DNA of 64,000 bases. Origin: Acidimicrobiia bacterium (lineage in GTDB: Bacteria; Actinomycetota; Acidimicrobiia; UBA2766). The position numbers and the translations under genes are program-made. Under the pieces are notes generated by a model that searched no databases, was not told where the DNA came from, and worked only from the letters and a program-made list of their open reading frames with translations. How positions within the stretch are numbered: the first letter of the stretch is position 1; each line of letters opens with the position of its first letter. This document shows positions 45,809 to 56,570 of the stretch, piece by piece. The stretch lies in assembly GCA_019695375.1 (NCBI GenBank), contig JAIBAC010000002.1, positions 700-64,699 of the forward strand. Reading direction: 5' to 3'.

Positions 45809-47221
45809 CTACGTGACGGGCCCGCCACCGGCCGAAGCAGCGATGGCTGCCGCCGCCGGGACGCTCGGGCCGCCACGGCGCAGCGCCCGCGTCATGCGGA
45901 CCGCAGTCACGACGCCCACGACCGTGATCGCAGCCCCGGTCGCGAGCGTGAAGGTGTACGACCCCGCGACGGTCTCACCGCCCCCGACTTCGACGAGGGA
46001 GAGGAACACGGCGATTCCCGTCGAGTTCGCGAGCTGAGACGTGAGCGAGAGCACGCTTGCCGCCGGCCCGAGCAGCTCGCGGGGGGACCGGCTCGTCACA
46101 ACGGTGCCGATCGCCGACGACGACAGGCCGAGCCCGACGCCCTGGAGCACGAGCGCGAGGAGCAGCAGCGGGTAGTTGGGCTGATCCGGGAGGAGCGCGA
46201 GGACCACGAGGGCGGCGGCGACGAGCGAGCTGCCACCGACGGTGAGGGCTCCTTCGCCCAGGCGCGAGGTGAGGCGTGGGATGAACGGGCCTGTTATCCC
46301 CATGGCGATGGGACGGGGAAGGAGTGCGAAGCTGACGAGTGCCACGTCCCAGCCCCAGATGTCACCGAGGAACAGCGGCATCACGATGAAGCTGCCCATG
46401 TACGCGGCGTTGACGACGAAGCGGCTCGTCATCCCGTTGGCTATCGCCCGCTCCAGGAAGAGGCGCAGGGGCACGATGGGGTTGTCAGCCCTCTGCTCGG
46501 TGCGGACGAACAGTGCGGTCGCGGTCACTGCGACGGCGATGCACGCGAGCACGGGTGCGGATGTCCAGCCCCACTTGGGAGCCTGGTTCACGCCGAGGAG
46601 GAGAGTGGTGACGGCGGCTGCCGCCAGCACGGTGCCCATGGTGTCGAAGCGGCCCTTGGTCTCGATGCGCTGCTCGTCGAAGACAACGAACGCCAGCAGC
46701 CACGCCAGCAGTGCGAGTGGGAGCTGCATGGCGAAGAGCCAGCGCCAGCTCAGCCACTCGACGACGACGCCGCCGACGATCCCCAGGGCGGGGGCGAAAG
46801 CGACCGTTGCAGTCCAGTAACCGATGGGCGTGGAGCGCGCCTCCGGTGGGTAGTGGCTCGTAGCCATCGCGAGACCCGATGGCAGCACCCAGGCGGTGCC
46901 GAAGCCGGTCAGGAGGCGCGCTGCGATCAGCGCCGGCAGCGACCACGCCACTGCCGAGAACGCCATCCCGGCGATCGTGATCGCGAAGCCGACGAGCCAG
47001 ATCCGGCGACGGCCGAAGCGGTCGGCGATGCGACCTGCGGGTGGGGTGAGGAGGGTCGCGAGGACGATCGGCCCGAGTGTGATCCACGCCGTGTCGCCGG
47101 TCGAGGCCCCGAACTCGTCTGCGATCGTCTTGATCGCGATCCCGAGGATGGTGAGGGTGAGGTTGACGGCGAAGGTGGCGAGGAGCACCACTGCGAGCAC
47201 CCACGCGCGACGGCCTCGGAC
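45809..47221 (-). CDS. MFS transporter (DHA2-like, 14 TMS)
   Basis: GRIADRFGRRRIWLVG MFS motif A. Start set at GTG 47221, preceded by GGAGG. The longer ORF would overlap tetR. Confidence 0.8.
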   Translation of the reverse strand, partial: VRGRRAWVLAVVLLATFAVNLTLTILGIAIKTIADEFGASTGDTAWITLGPIVLATLLTPPAGRIADRFGRRRIWLVGFAITIAGMAFSAVAWSLPALIAARLLTGFGTAWVLPSGLAMATSHYPPEARSTPIGYWTATVAFAPALGIVGGVVVEWLSWRWLFAMQLPLALLAWLLAFVVFDEQRIETKGRFDTMGTVLAAAAVTTLLLGVNQAPKWGWTSAPVLACIAVAVTATALFVRTEQRADNPIVPLRLFLERAIANGMTSRFVVNAAYMGSFIVMPLFLGDIWGWDVALVSFALLPRPIAMGITGPFIPRLTSRLGEGALTVGGSSLVAAALVVLALLPDQPNYPLLLLALVLQGVGLGLSSSAIGTVVTSRSPRELLGPAASVLSLTSQLANSTGIAVFLSLVEVGGGETVAGSYTFTLATGAAITVVGVVTAVRMTRALRRGGPSVPAAAAIAASAGGGPVT

Positions 47222-47229
47222 ACGGGCTC

Positions 47230-47787
47230 TCACCTCCGGCCCCCTGCGTCGGCGAGCAGGAAGGCGACGTAACCGCCGATGCGGTCGTAGGCGGTCTGGG
47301 GGCGCACGAACGCCCGCGCCACGTATCCGATGCACGCGGTGAGCAGGAATCCGGTGAGCTGATCGACGTCGCCGCTGAGATCGCCGGACGCGGCAGACGC
47401 CTCAGCGGCCTCGTGCACGAGGGCGAACACGTCGTTGGTGGCCGCGACGTCGGAACCCGTCGTTCGCGGAAGCGTCCAGAACAGGAACTCGTAGAGGTTC
47501 GGGTTGTCGAGGCCGACGTGTATGAACTCGCGCAGCACGGCTTCGAGCCGTCGTCTCGGTGCGGCCCGCCCCGGCACGCGGCTGCGGATCTCGTCGACGA
47601 GACGGGCGAACTCACCCTGGGCGAGCTCGTGGAGCAGATCCTCTTTGCACGTGAAGTGCCGGTAGATGGCCGCGTGGGTCACACCTGCGGCGGACGCGAT
47701 CGATCGCATGCCTGCCGCGCGGCCCTCACGTGCGAAGGCCGCGCGAGCGGCATCGAGGATCGCGTCGCGGGTCGCATCTGCCGGCAC
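47230..47787 (-). CDS. TetR-family transcriptional regulator
   Basis: ILDAARAAFAREGRAAGMRSIASAAGVTHAAIYRHF is the TetR HTH. Confidence 0.85.
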   Translation of the reverse strand: MPADATRDAILDAARAAFAREGRAAGMRSIASAAGVTHAAIYRHFTCKEDLLHELAQGEFARLVDEIRSRVPGRAAPRRRLEAVLREFIHVGLDNPNLYEFLFWTLPRTTGSDVAATNDVFALVHEAAEASAASGDLSGDVDQLTGFLLTACIGYVARAFVRPQTAYDRIGGYVAFLLADAGGRR

Positions 47788-47794
47788 ACGCGCA

Positions 47795-47809
47795 AGTTAC
47801 CACTGGTAA
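47795..47809. promoter_or_regulatory. Perfect 15-bp palindrome GTTACCACTGGTAAC, candidate TetR operator
   Basis: 7-bp arms around a central base, 8 bp upstream of the tetR start codon. Confidence 0.5.
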
Positions 47810-47826
47810 CGAACGCCGTGCCAGGG

Positions 47827-47870
47827 GTTGGAGCACGGGGCGGCCACATGTGGCCGCCCCGTGCTCCAAC
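47827..47870. terminator. 44-nt perfect palindrome GTTGGAGCACGGGGCGGCCACA|TGTGGCCGCCCCGTGCTCCAAC, terminator-like hairpin
   Basis: 22-bp perfect stem immediately 3' of the polyprenyl synthase stop (47878) and 5' of the tetR promoter. Confidence 0.5.
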
Positions 47871-47877
47871 GGGGCGC

Positions 47878-48924
47878 TCAGTGGTCGCGACGGACGCAGC
47901 GGCGTGCGAGGTCGGCGAGTGCAGACTCGGCGTCGGCGGGAGCACCGAGGCCGCCGAGCGCCTCGAGGGCCTCGGCGGCCAGAGCTTCGATGCGGCGCTC
48001 GCACTCGGCGACGGCACCGGAGTCGCGGAGCACACCGCGGATGGCCTCGACGCCGTCCGCGTCGAGGTCGGGATCGCCGACGAGTGTGTCGAGGATGCCG
48101 GCCTGCCGGGCGTTCGCGGCGTCGCGGGCCAGCGCCAGGACGTATGTGTGCTTGCCCTCGCGGAAGTCGATCCCTGTCGGCTTGCCGGTCACGGCTGCGT
48201 CGCCGAATGCACCGAGGAGGTCGTCGCGGAGCTGGAACGCGATGCCGAGGGGCTCGCCGAACGCCGACAACCCGTCGAGGACAGGCGCCGGCGCACCTGC
48301 GAGGCACGCGCCGATCCGCAGAGGTCGCTCCACCGTGTACTTCGCCGTCTTGAGCGACGCGACGTACAGCGCCGTGGTCGTGTCGCCCGTGGAGCGGTGG
48401 CCGTCGACGAGATCGAGGTACTGGCCCTCGACGACCTCGATCCGCATGCGCGTGAACTCCTCGAATGCAGCCGCAAGACGCGGCGCATCGACGTCGGAAC
48501 GCGCGAACAGGGAATCGGCGACGACGAGCGCGAGGTCGCCGAGCATGATCGCGGCGGAGACCCCGAAATGCCCGGCATCGCCCGCCCACCCCGCCTCCTG
48601 GTGAGCAGCCTTGAAGGTCTCGTGCGCCGTCGGCCTACCGCGCCGCAACGGTGAGGCATCCATCACGTCGTCGTGGATCAGCGCGCAGGCGTGGACGAAC
48701 TCGATCGCAGCGTTCACGGGCAGCACCGCCGAACTCGCGTCCGGGTCGCCGCCGGCCGCGCGGAACCCCCACCACGCGAACAGAGGCCGCAGGCGCTTGC
48801 CGCCCGAGGACAGGAAGTCCCGCAGATCGCCGAAGAACGCCCTGAACGCGGTGTCGGGCGGCGCCGCAGCCTCCAGCGCATCGACCTCGGCGACGAGGAA
48901 GGCGTCTAGCGCCTCGACGTCCAC
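47878..48924 (-). CDS. Polyprenyl diphosphate synthase (GGPP/FPP synthase family)
   Basis: FARM LIHDDVMD and SARM FQLRDDLLG motifs. Confidence 0.85.
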   Translation of the reverse strand: MDVEALDAFLVAEVDALEAAAPPDTAFRAFFGDLRDFLSSGGKRLRPLFAWWGFRAAGGDPDASSAVLPVNAAIEFVHACALIHDDVMDASPLRRGRPTAHETFKAAHQEAGWAGDAGHFGVSAAIMLGDLALVVADSLFARSDVDAPRLAAAFEEFTRMRIEVVEGQYLDLVDGHRSTGDTTTALYVASLKTAKYTVERPLRIGACLAGAPAPVLDGLSAFGEPLGIAFQLRDDLLGAFGDAAVTGKPTGIDFREGKHTYVLALARDAANARQAGILDTLVGDPDLDADGVEAIRGVLRDSGAVAECERRIEALAAEALEALGGLGAPADAESALADLARRCVRRDH

Positions 48925-49083
48925 GTCCTAGTGCTCCGCAGGGGAGCCGTCAGCGTTGACGCTGGATTCAGTCTGCACGTGGATGCCCTCTGGCGGCCAT
49001 GGGGTGGGAACGGGACCCGAGCCCGCCGGGCGAGCCTATGCCGCGGGAGTCCGCTGGCCGCAAGCCGGTCGCGCTCGGGGTGC

Positions 49084-51411
49084 TCAGTCGGCAGGCGCGA
49101 TCTCGTACGCGGGGTTCAGGATCGCGAGGTGGCCGCGGAGCTCACCGACGGTGCCCTCGACGGTCATCCTCGTGCCGACGTTGATGCCGGGTATGTGGCG
49201 CCGTCCAGAGAACCACACGAGCAGCCGGCCGGTACCGTCGTCGAGGGTGACCTCGGTGTACGCGGTCTGGCGCCACGGGCGCACGCGCATCGCCTGGACC
49301 TCTCCCGTCACCACGACACGGTCACGCCAGATCACGTCGCGGATCGCGGTGACCTGAGCGGTTGCGCTCGGCGCCGCGGCCACCTCCGTCGGGCTCGCGC
49401 GACCTGTCTCCCCCTTGCGAACTCGCCGCGGTGACCGGGTCCCTCTGCCTCTCGCGGGGCCAGGGCGCGGCGTGGCCGGCACGGGGTCGGGGCGACCGTC
49501 GCGGTCCACGTCCGTGAAGTGGAACGGAACGAACGTGACGTTGGCGTGGGGTACGCGGGCGATCGCGCGCGCGATGTTGTCCGACGTGCGGTCGTGCAGG
49601 AGGCGGTGCCAGAGGCGGCTGTACTCGCGCCGCGGCACGAGCAGCGACACCTCTGTCTCGCCGTCTGCGACTTCTTCCAGGACGAGCTCGAGCACCGCTC
49701 TCGCGATACGGCGGTCGGGGCACGCCACGATCTCGAGCGGCATGCGGCTCAACGCGAGCTCCGACCACTGGCGCGCCAACCCGTCGGCGAACTCGGGGTC
49801 GGCAGCGACGTGAACGGCGCGCAGCTCGTCGGGTGTGAGCGACCGCGCGTACTGGATCGCGCGAGCCGTCGACTTGCTGATCTTGTCGACGAGCACCAGC
49901 ACGGAGTGGCGCGGCATGATCGGAGCTTCGGCCGCGGCCACGGCGTCCTCCTCGAGGACCTCGACCTCGCCTTCGTACTGGCGGTTCAGGCGCAGGAGCA
50001 CGAGCACGAGGATGGGCACGAGGATGAGGATCAGGTAGGCGCCGTCGACGAACTTCGTCACACCGATCACGACCGCGACGATGAAGCTGAGCAGGGTGCC
50101 GAAGCCGTTGATGGCCACGCCGCGACGCCATCCCGGCTCCTTCTTGCGCAGGTGATGGCGTGTCATGCCCGCCTGGCTGAGGGTGAAGCTCGTGAAGACA
50201 CCGATCGCGTACAACGGGATCAGGCGCGAGACCTCGGCCCCGGTCGCGATCACGAGCAGGCCCCCGAGCGTGGACAGCAGGATGATGCCGTTGCTGTACA
50301 CGAGGCGGTGCCCGCGCTTGGTGAGCTGGCGCGGCATGAAGTAGTCACCGGCCGCGAAGGCGGCGAGCCGCGGGAAGTCGGCGAAGCTCGTGTTCGCGGC
50401 AAGCACGAGGATCAGCATCGTCCCGGCCTGCAGGCTGTAGAAGAGCACAGTCCCGAGACCGCCGGTGCCGTACACGAGACGGCCGATCTCGGAGATCACA
50501 GTCGGTGTGCCGTCCTCGTAGGGCGCGACCTGCATGGTCTGCGCGAGCCACGAGATCCCGAGGAACATGGCGCCGAGGGAGCTGCCCATGATGACGAGGG
50601 TCGTGCGTGCGTTCCTCCACTCAGGCGGCTTGAACGCCGGGATCCCGTTGCTGATCGCCTCGACTCCGGTAACGGCGGCACCGCCCGACGCGAAGGCGTG
50701 GAGCACGACGTACGCGAGCGCGAAGCCGGCGAGCGCGTTTGCCGGACCGAACTCGACGATCGTGTGGTCGCCCACGATCGAGTCGGCCTGCAGCGGCAGC
50801 CCCGTGACGATGCCCTTGTAGACGCCGACCGCCAACAGCACAGCCACGTTCACCATGAAGAAGTAGGTCGGGACGGCGAAGACGACCCCGGACTCCTTGA
50901 CCCCGCGCAGGTTCCCGAACGCCACGATCGCGATGAAGAACAGCCCCAGCGGGACCACCCAGTCCTCGAGGACCGGGAACGCGGACGCGAGGGCGGCGGC
51001 GCCGGCGGAGACCGACACGGCGACGGTCAGGATGTAGTCGGTGAGCAGTGCGACTCCGGCCACCTGGGCAGGGACCGGTCCGAAGTTGTCCTTCGTGACG
51101 ATGTACGCGCCGCCGGCGTTGGGGTACTCCTTGATCGTCTGGCGGTAGCTGAGGATCAGGAAGAACAGGACGACGAGCATCGCCACCGTGACCGGGACCA
51201 CGAGCGAGAACGCGAGCAGCCCGACGGTGGGGACGAGGACGTGCAGGATCTCCTCCGTCGCGTACGACGCGGACGAGAGGTTGTCCGACGCGAGCACAGC
51301 GAGTGCGGTCGGCTTGCCGAGCCGTTCGTGCTTGAGCTGGTCGGTGCGCAGGGGCTTTCCGAGGAGCCTGCGCTTGATCCGGTACGAGAGCGGCTCCGGC
51401 ACGTCGACCAT
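49084..51411 (-). CDS. APC-superfamily transporter fused to a C-terminal cytoplasmic USP-like region and an OB-fold-like tail
   Basis: About 12 TMS permease core, then SVLVLVDKISKSTARAIQYARSL...VHVAAD (USP-like), then VTGEVQAMRVRPWRQTAYTEVTLDDGTGRLLVWFSG (OB-fold-like). Divergent from the trkA pair. Confidence 0.75.
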   Translation of the reverse strand: MVDVPEPLSYRIKRRLLGKPLRTDQLKHERLGKPTALAVLASDNLSSASYATEEILHVLVPTVGLLAFSLVVPVTVAMLVVLFFLILSYRQTIKEYPNAGGAYIVTKDNFGPVPAQVAGVALLTDYILTVAVSVSAGAAALASAFPVLEDWVVPLGLFFIAIVAFGNLRGVKESGVVFAVPTYFFMVNVAVLLAVGVYKGIVTGLPLQADSIVGDHTIVEFGPANALAGFALAYVVLHAFASGGAAVTGVEAISNGIPAFKPPEWRNARTTLVIMGSSLGAMFLGISWLAQTMQVAPYEDGTPTVISEIGRLVYGTGGLGTVLFYSLQAGTMLILVLAANTSFADFPRLAAFAAGDYFMPRQLTKRGHRLVYSNGIILLSTLGGLLVIATGAEVSRLIPLYAIGVFTSFTLSQAGMTRHHLRKKEPGWRRGVAINGFGTLLSFIVAVVIGVTKFVDGAYLILILVPILVLVLLRLNRQYEGEVEVLEEDAVAAAEAPIMPRHSVLVLVDKISKSTARAIQYARSLTPDELRAVHVAADPEFADGLARQWSELALSRMPLEIVACPDRRIARAVLELVLEEVADGETEVSLLVPRREYSRLWHRLLHDRTSDNIARAIARVPHANVTFVPFHFTDVDRDGRPDPVPATPRPGPARGRGTRSPRRVRKGETGRASPTEVAAAPSATAQVTAIRDVIWRDRVVVTGEVQAMRVRPWRQTAYTEVTLDDGTGRLLVWFSGRRHIPGINVGTRMTVEGTVGELRGHLAILNPAYEIAPAD

Positions 51412-51643
51412 GGTCGCGAGCCTGGGGGCAGCCTCTCCGGTCGCGGTTCGAGCCGGGGCGGATCCGGCACCCTCGTCGGTGGTCTGCAAGGCCTCTCCCG
51501 TGTCAGCCGGCTCCCACGTGGGGACCTAGCCGGTCTCAGGTCGGCGCAAGGCTAGGCGGGTGAGGTGCGGTGGCGGCGAGCATGGGTAGATTGCAGCCTT
51601 CGTCGGAAAGTCCCGGTCCGGAATCGCCGAGTCGAGGTGGGCC

Positions 51644-52315
51644 TTGCACATCGTCGTAGTCGGATGTGGCCGAGTTGGCAGCGAGCTCGCCGGCCATCTG
51701 GAACGCAACGGCCACAGCGTCGCCATCGTGGACAAGAACGCCAACGCGTTCCGGCGCCTGCCGTCCGAGTACGGGGGACGCGCGATCGTGGGCTACGGCT
51801 TCGATCGCGACACCCTGCTCGAGGCGGGGATCGAGGACGCCGACGCTCTCGCGGCTGTGACCAACGGCGACAACTCCAACATCCTCACGGCCCGCGTCGC
51901 ACGTGAGACGTTCCAGGTCGCGCATGTGGCCGCCCGTATCTACGACCCGCGCCGCGCGGTCATCTACGAGCGGCTCGGGATCACGACCGTGGCCACCGTG
52001 TCCTGGACGACGGATCAGGTCCTGCGCCGCGTGCTGCCCGGCGAGCACCACGCCGACTGGATCGACCCGTCGGGACGGATCGGGCTCGTCGAGCTGGCCT
52101 TGCCCGACGCGTGGGCAGGTAAGCCGCTCGAGGGTCTCGACCTGCCGGGCAGCTACTGGCTCGTGGGGATCACGCGTCTTGGCAAGGCGCAGCTCACGAC
52201 CGACAAGGTCGTCGGCCAAGAGGGTGACCGGCTGCACTTCGTGGCCAGCATGGACCGCATCGACGACCTCCGCACCCAGCTCGACGCGGGCGCCGACGGA
52301 GGTGGCCACCAATGA
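51644..52315 (+). CDS. trkA: TrkA-family K+ transport regulatory protein (RCK N plus C domains)
   Basis: MHIVVVGCGRVGSELAGHL is the NAD-binding GxGxxG. Confidence 0.85.
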   Translation: MHIVVVGCGRVGSELAGHLERNGHSVAIVDKNANAFRRLPSEYGGRAIVGYGFDRDTLLEAGIEDADALAAVTNGDNSNILTARVARETFQVAHVAARIYDPRRAVIYERLGITTVATVSWTTDQVLRRVLPGEHHADWIDPSGRIGLVELALPDAWAGKPLEGLDLPGSYWLVGITRLGKAQLTTDKVVGQEGDRLHFVASMDRIDDLRTQLDAGADGGGHQ

Positions 52316-52980
52316 GGATCGCGATCGCGGGAGCCGGCAACGTCGGCCTGTTCATCGCCAACGACCTCGCCAAGAGCGGCCACGACGTCCTGCTGCTGGA
52401 GCAGGACCCCCTCGTGGTAGCCCGTCAGCAGGAACGCACCGAGGCGGGTGTGCACTGGATCCAGGCCGACGTGTGCGAGGTGAGCTCGCTGCGTGAAGCG
52501 CAGCTCGGCACGGTCGACGTCCTCGTCGCCGCCACAGGAGACGACGAGGACAACCTCGTGGTCTCGCTGCTCGCCAAGCAGGAGTTCGCGGTCGAGCGCG
52601 TGATCGCACGCGTGAACCATCCCAAGAACGAGTGGCTCTTCAACGAGACGTGGGGTGTCGACGTCGCCGTGTCGACCCCGCACCTCATCACGGCGTTCGT
52701 CGAGGAGGCCGTCACCGTCGGCACGCTGGTGCGACTCCTCCAGCTCGAGGGTGGGCAGGCGCAGCTCGTGGAGATCAAGCTCGCTCCGAACGCACCGGTG
52801 GTCGACCGCAGCGTCCGCGACGTCGGCCGCCCCAAGGATTCGACGTTCGTGGCCATCATCCGCGACGAGCACGTCGTCGTGCCTCACGGCGACACCGTCT
52901 TCGAGGCCGGCGACGAGGTGCTCGCGCTCGTCACGCCCGACTCGGAGGAAGAGGTCCGCCGGCTCTTCACCGGAGCATGA
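52312..52980 (+). CDS. trkA: TrkA-family K+ transport regulatory protein, second paralog
   Basis: MRIAIAGAGNVGLFIANDL. ATGA overlap with the upstream gene. Confidence 0.85.
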   Translation: MRIAIAGAGNVGLFIANDLAKSGHDVLLLEQDPLVVARQQERTEAGVHWIQADVCEVSSLREAQLGTVDVLVAATGDDEDNLVVSLLAKQEFAVERVIARVNHPKNEWLFNETWGVDVAVSTPHLITAFVEEAVTVGTLVRLLQLEGGQAQLVEIKLAPNAPVVDRSVRDVGRPKDSTFVAIIRDEHVVVPHGDTVFEAGDEVLALVTPDSEEEVRRLFTGA

Positions 52981-52991
52981 GCGAGGCTTGA

Positions 52992-53858
<867 letters not shown>

Positions 53859-53904
53859 CAGAGCCCCCTATCGGCAGAGCAAGGCCTCAACCTGAGCTTT
53901 AAGT

Positions 53905-55068
53905 TCAAGGTTTGCGCCGGCGGAGGCCGATCTCCAGTGACGCGGCGCTCGCGAGCGCGGCTGTGATAGACGCCGCCAGGATCGCGATCAGCGCGTGCGA
54001 CAGGGTCTCGGGGTCCTCGAACGAGAGTGTGGCTATGAACAGCGCGACCGTGAAGCCGATGCCGCCCAGCGGCGATGCGAGCACGATCGACGCCAGTGTG
54101 GAGCGCTCGGTGAGACCGGCGCGATAGCCCGCCCAGGACGCGAGGGAGATGCCGAGCGGCTTGCCCGCCACGAGTCCGGCGAAGATCCCCCAGAAGACCG
54201 GTGCCTGCAGCGCTGCTTCGACCGAGGCCGCAGACAGGGCCACTCCCGCGTTGGCGAGCGCGAAGACAGGGGCGATGACGAAGCTCGTGTAGGGATGCAG
54301 GCGCGTCTCGATGAGATCCATGACGTCGTCGCCGCCGTGGAAGGGGCCGACGGGCATGAGCAGGCCGACGACCACACCCGCGATCGTCGGGTGTACGCCC
54401 GAGAGGAGCATCGCGTACCAGATCCAGACCCCGAAGGGCACGTATGCCCACACCCGCGCGACGCGGGCGCGGCGCAGGACCAGGATCGCTGCCACACCAC
54501 CTGCAGCGGCCAGCAGCCACGGCAACGAGACCCCGGTCGCGTAAACGAGCGCGATCACGAGGATCCCGCCGATGTCGTCGGCGATCGCGAGCGCGAGGAA
54601 GAAGAGCCTCACCGACGCCGAGACACGGCTTGCGAGGAGTGCGCAGACGCCGACCACGAAGGCGATGTCGGTCGCAGTCGGGACGGCCCAGCCGCGGATA
54701 GCGGGATCGCCGGCCGTGAACGCCACGAAGACGAGCGCCGGGACCGCCATTCCTCCAGCTGCGGCGAGCACGGGCATCGCAGCCGCCCGGCGGCCGCACA
54801 GCTCGCCGACCGTGACCTCGCGCTTGATCTCGAGACCGGCGACGAAGAAGAAGAGCGTCATGAGGCCGTCGTCGACCCAGGCCTTCAACGTGAAGTGGTC
54901 GAGGCCCGGCAGCGGCAGGGTGAGAGGGGTCGCCCAGAACTCCGGGTAGCCCGATGGGCTCAGTGTCGCCCAGACGACAGCCACGAGCGCGGCCACGACC
55001 ATCGCCGCACCGGCGGACTGCTCCGTCCTCAGGAACTCGAGCAGCGCCGACCGCGGGCGGCCGGACAT
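53905..55068 (-). CDS. nhaA: Na+/H+ antiporter NhaA
   Basis: NhaA-type 12-TM layout with conserved ALAIADDIG. Confidence 0.85.
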   Translation of the reverse strand: MSGRPRSALLEFLRTEQSAGAAMVVAALVAVVWATLSPSGYPEFWATPLTLPLPGLDHFTLKAWVDDGLMTLFFFVAGLEIKREVTVGELCGRRAAAMPVLAAAGGMAVPALVFVAFTAGDPAIRGWAVPTATDIAFVVGVCALLASRVSASVRLFFLALAIADDIGGILVIALVYATGVSLPWLLAAAGGVAAILVLRRARVARVWAYVPFGVWIWYAMLLSGVHPTIAGVVVGLLMPVGPFHGGDDVMDLIETRLHPYTSFVIAPVFALANAGVALSAASVEAALQAPVFWGIFAGLVAGKPLGISLASWAGYRAGLTERSTLASIVLASPLGGIGFTVALFIATLSFEDPETLSHALIAILAASITAALASAASLEIGLRRRKP

Positions 55069-55073
55069 CACCG

Positions 55074-55871
55074 TCAGCGGCCCTCGAGGTTCGAGATGTC
55101 CTCTTCGACGGCGTGCACGACCTGCTCGGGGAAGCGTTCGAGCAGGTTGCGGGTGGCTTCGGCGAGCGCCGCGGGATCGCGACTGTCCATCGTGACCTTC
55201 ACCTGGTACTCGACCTCGCCGATGACCGGATAGCTCCCGAAGCTGACCGCGCCGGCGAACGCCTCGGCCAGATCGGTCAGCGGGCGCGCGAGCTGACCCT
55301 CGTCGATGCGGAAGTACGCGACGTTGGTCACGACCGGTCGCGACCCGAGTCCAGCGAGGAGCGCGTCGACCTGGCGCCGGAAGATCTGGGGGACACCCGG
55401 GAGCATCACGACGTTCTCGACGGTGTACGCCGGCCACGCCGTGGCGAGGTCGAGCAGCCGGCAGCCCGTCGGCACCATCGCCATCTTCTGCCAGGCCTGG
55501 CCGCTCTCGTCGTTGCCGAAGAAGGTGGCGACCACGGCGGCAAGGTCCTCGCGCAGCTCGAGCTCCATGCCGAAGGCCTTGGCGACGGCCTCCATCGATA
55601 CGTCGTCGTGGGTGGGTCCGATACCTCCGGACGTGAAGCAGATGTCACGGCGGTGGCGCACGAGGTCGACCGATTCGATGATGGCGTCGACGTCGTCGGA
55701 TACGAAATGGATCTCCTCGAGATCGAGCCCGTGACGACGCAACGCGTCGATTAGATAGGGGCCGTTGGCGTCGCGGACCTTGCCCGAGAGGAGCTCGTCG
55801 CCGATCATCACGACTCCGGCGGTGAGGGGGCCCTCCTTGTCGCCGGCGAGCTGGCGGCGGAACGTGGTCAC
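55074..55871 (-). CDS. CinA N-terminal-domain/MoCF-biosynthesis-domain protein
   Basis: AGVVMIGDELLSGKVRDANG matches the CinA N-terminus. GTG start 55871 with AGGAG RBS. GTGA overlap with the upstream VOC gene stop. Confidence 0.65.
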   Translation of the reverse strand: MTTFRRQLAGDKEGPLTAGVVMIGDELLSGKVRDANGPYLIDALRRHGLDLEEIHFVSDDVDAIIESVDLVRHRRDICFTSGGIGPTHDDVSMEAVAKAFGMELELREDLAAVVATFFGNDESGQAWQKMAMVPTGCRLLDLATAWPAYTVENVVMLPGVPQIFRRQVDALLAGLGSRPVVTNVAYFRIDEGQLARPLTDLAEAFAGAVSFGSYPVIGEVEYQVKVTMDSRDPAALAEATRNLLERFPEQVVHAVEEDISNLEGR

Positions 55872-56530
55872 GCGCTCCTGCCTCTCTGCGCTGGTGCCGC
55901 TTCGACGAACGCGATCGTGGCACCGAGCACATCCCCCGGGCACTGTGCGATGCGGCCGCCCTGGATCGAGCGGCTCGGGTCGGTGATGGTGCCGCCACGT
56001 TCGCGCACTACGGCCGCGGTCTTGTCGCAGTCGTCCACCGCGAAGGCGACGCCCCACAGGCGTGGCCCGGCCAGCGAGCGCATCTCGATCAGTTCGAGCA
56101 CCGCTTCACCCGCACGCAGGAACGCCGCCGGCAGGCCCTTGACCTCGCCACGCCGCCGGCAGTCGGCACCGGCGTACTCCTCGAGACCGGCGATCGAGGT
56201 CTCGAGGCGAGGCACCATGACGACGACATGGTCGACGTGATCTGCACCGTTGGCGTGCGCGGCGTCCCGCGGGACCGGTGCCGCGCTCCGCAGCGTCGTG
56301 GGCGGAAGAGTCGACGGGTCGAGGCGGATCGGGCCGTCCGACTCGCCTGAGAACGACCAGGCACGCAGGCCGGGCTCGTCGACTTCATCGCCACCGGCCT
56401 CGAGCTCGAACGTGACCTCGCCCACCGTGAGGGCATCGGGCGTATCGAGGTCGAAGCCGATCCGTGCGAGCTCGGCGGCGGCGCCGGCGAGGTCTTCCAC
56501 GGTCCACGTCAAGGCGATCAGGTGGCTCAC
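55868..56530 (-). CDS. VOC/glyoxalase-family protein, two domains
   Basis: Protein-like ORF with VOC-like beta-alpha-beta repeats. Weak assignment. Confidence 0.5.
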   Translation of the reverse strand: MSHLIALTWTVEDLAGAAAELARIGFDLDTPDALTVGEVTFELEAGGDEVDEPGLRAWSFSGESDGPIRLDPSTLPPTTLRSAAPVPRDAAHANGADHVDHVVVMVPRLETSIAGLEEYAGADCRRRGEVKGLPAAFLRAGEAVLELIEMRSLAGPRLWGVAFAVDDCDKTAAVVRERGGTITDPSRSIQGGRIAQCPGDVLGATIAFVEAAPAQRGRSA

Positions 56531-56570
56531 AACGTGGACGCTACAGCTTCAGACTCGATTCGAGGCGTCG

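Noticed and set aside
51412-51643. Possible c-di-AMP (ydaO) riboswitch in the divergent region between the APC-type transporter and trkA
   Set aside because: I looked for the conserved ydaO cores (GGGGUGAAUC / CAGCUAACCUCGUAAG) on both strands and found none. Only a loose CCGGAATCGCC match is present.
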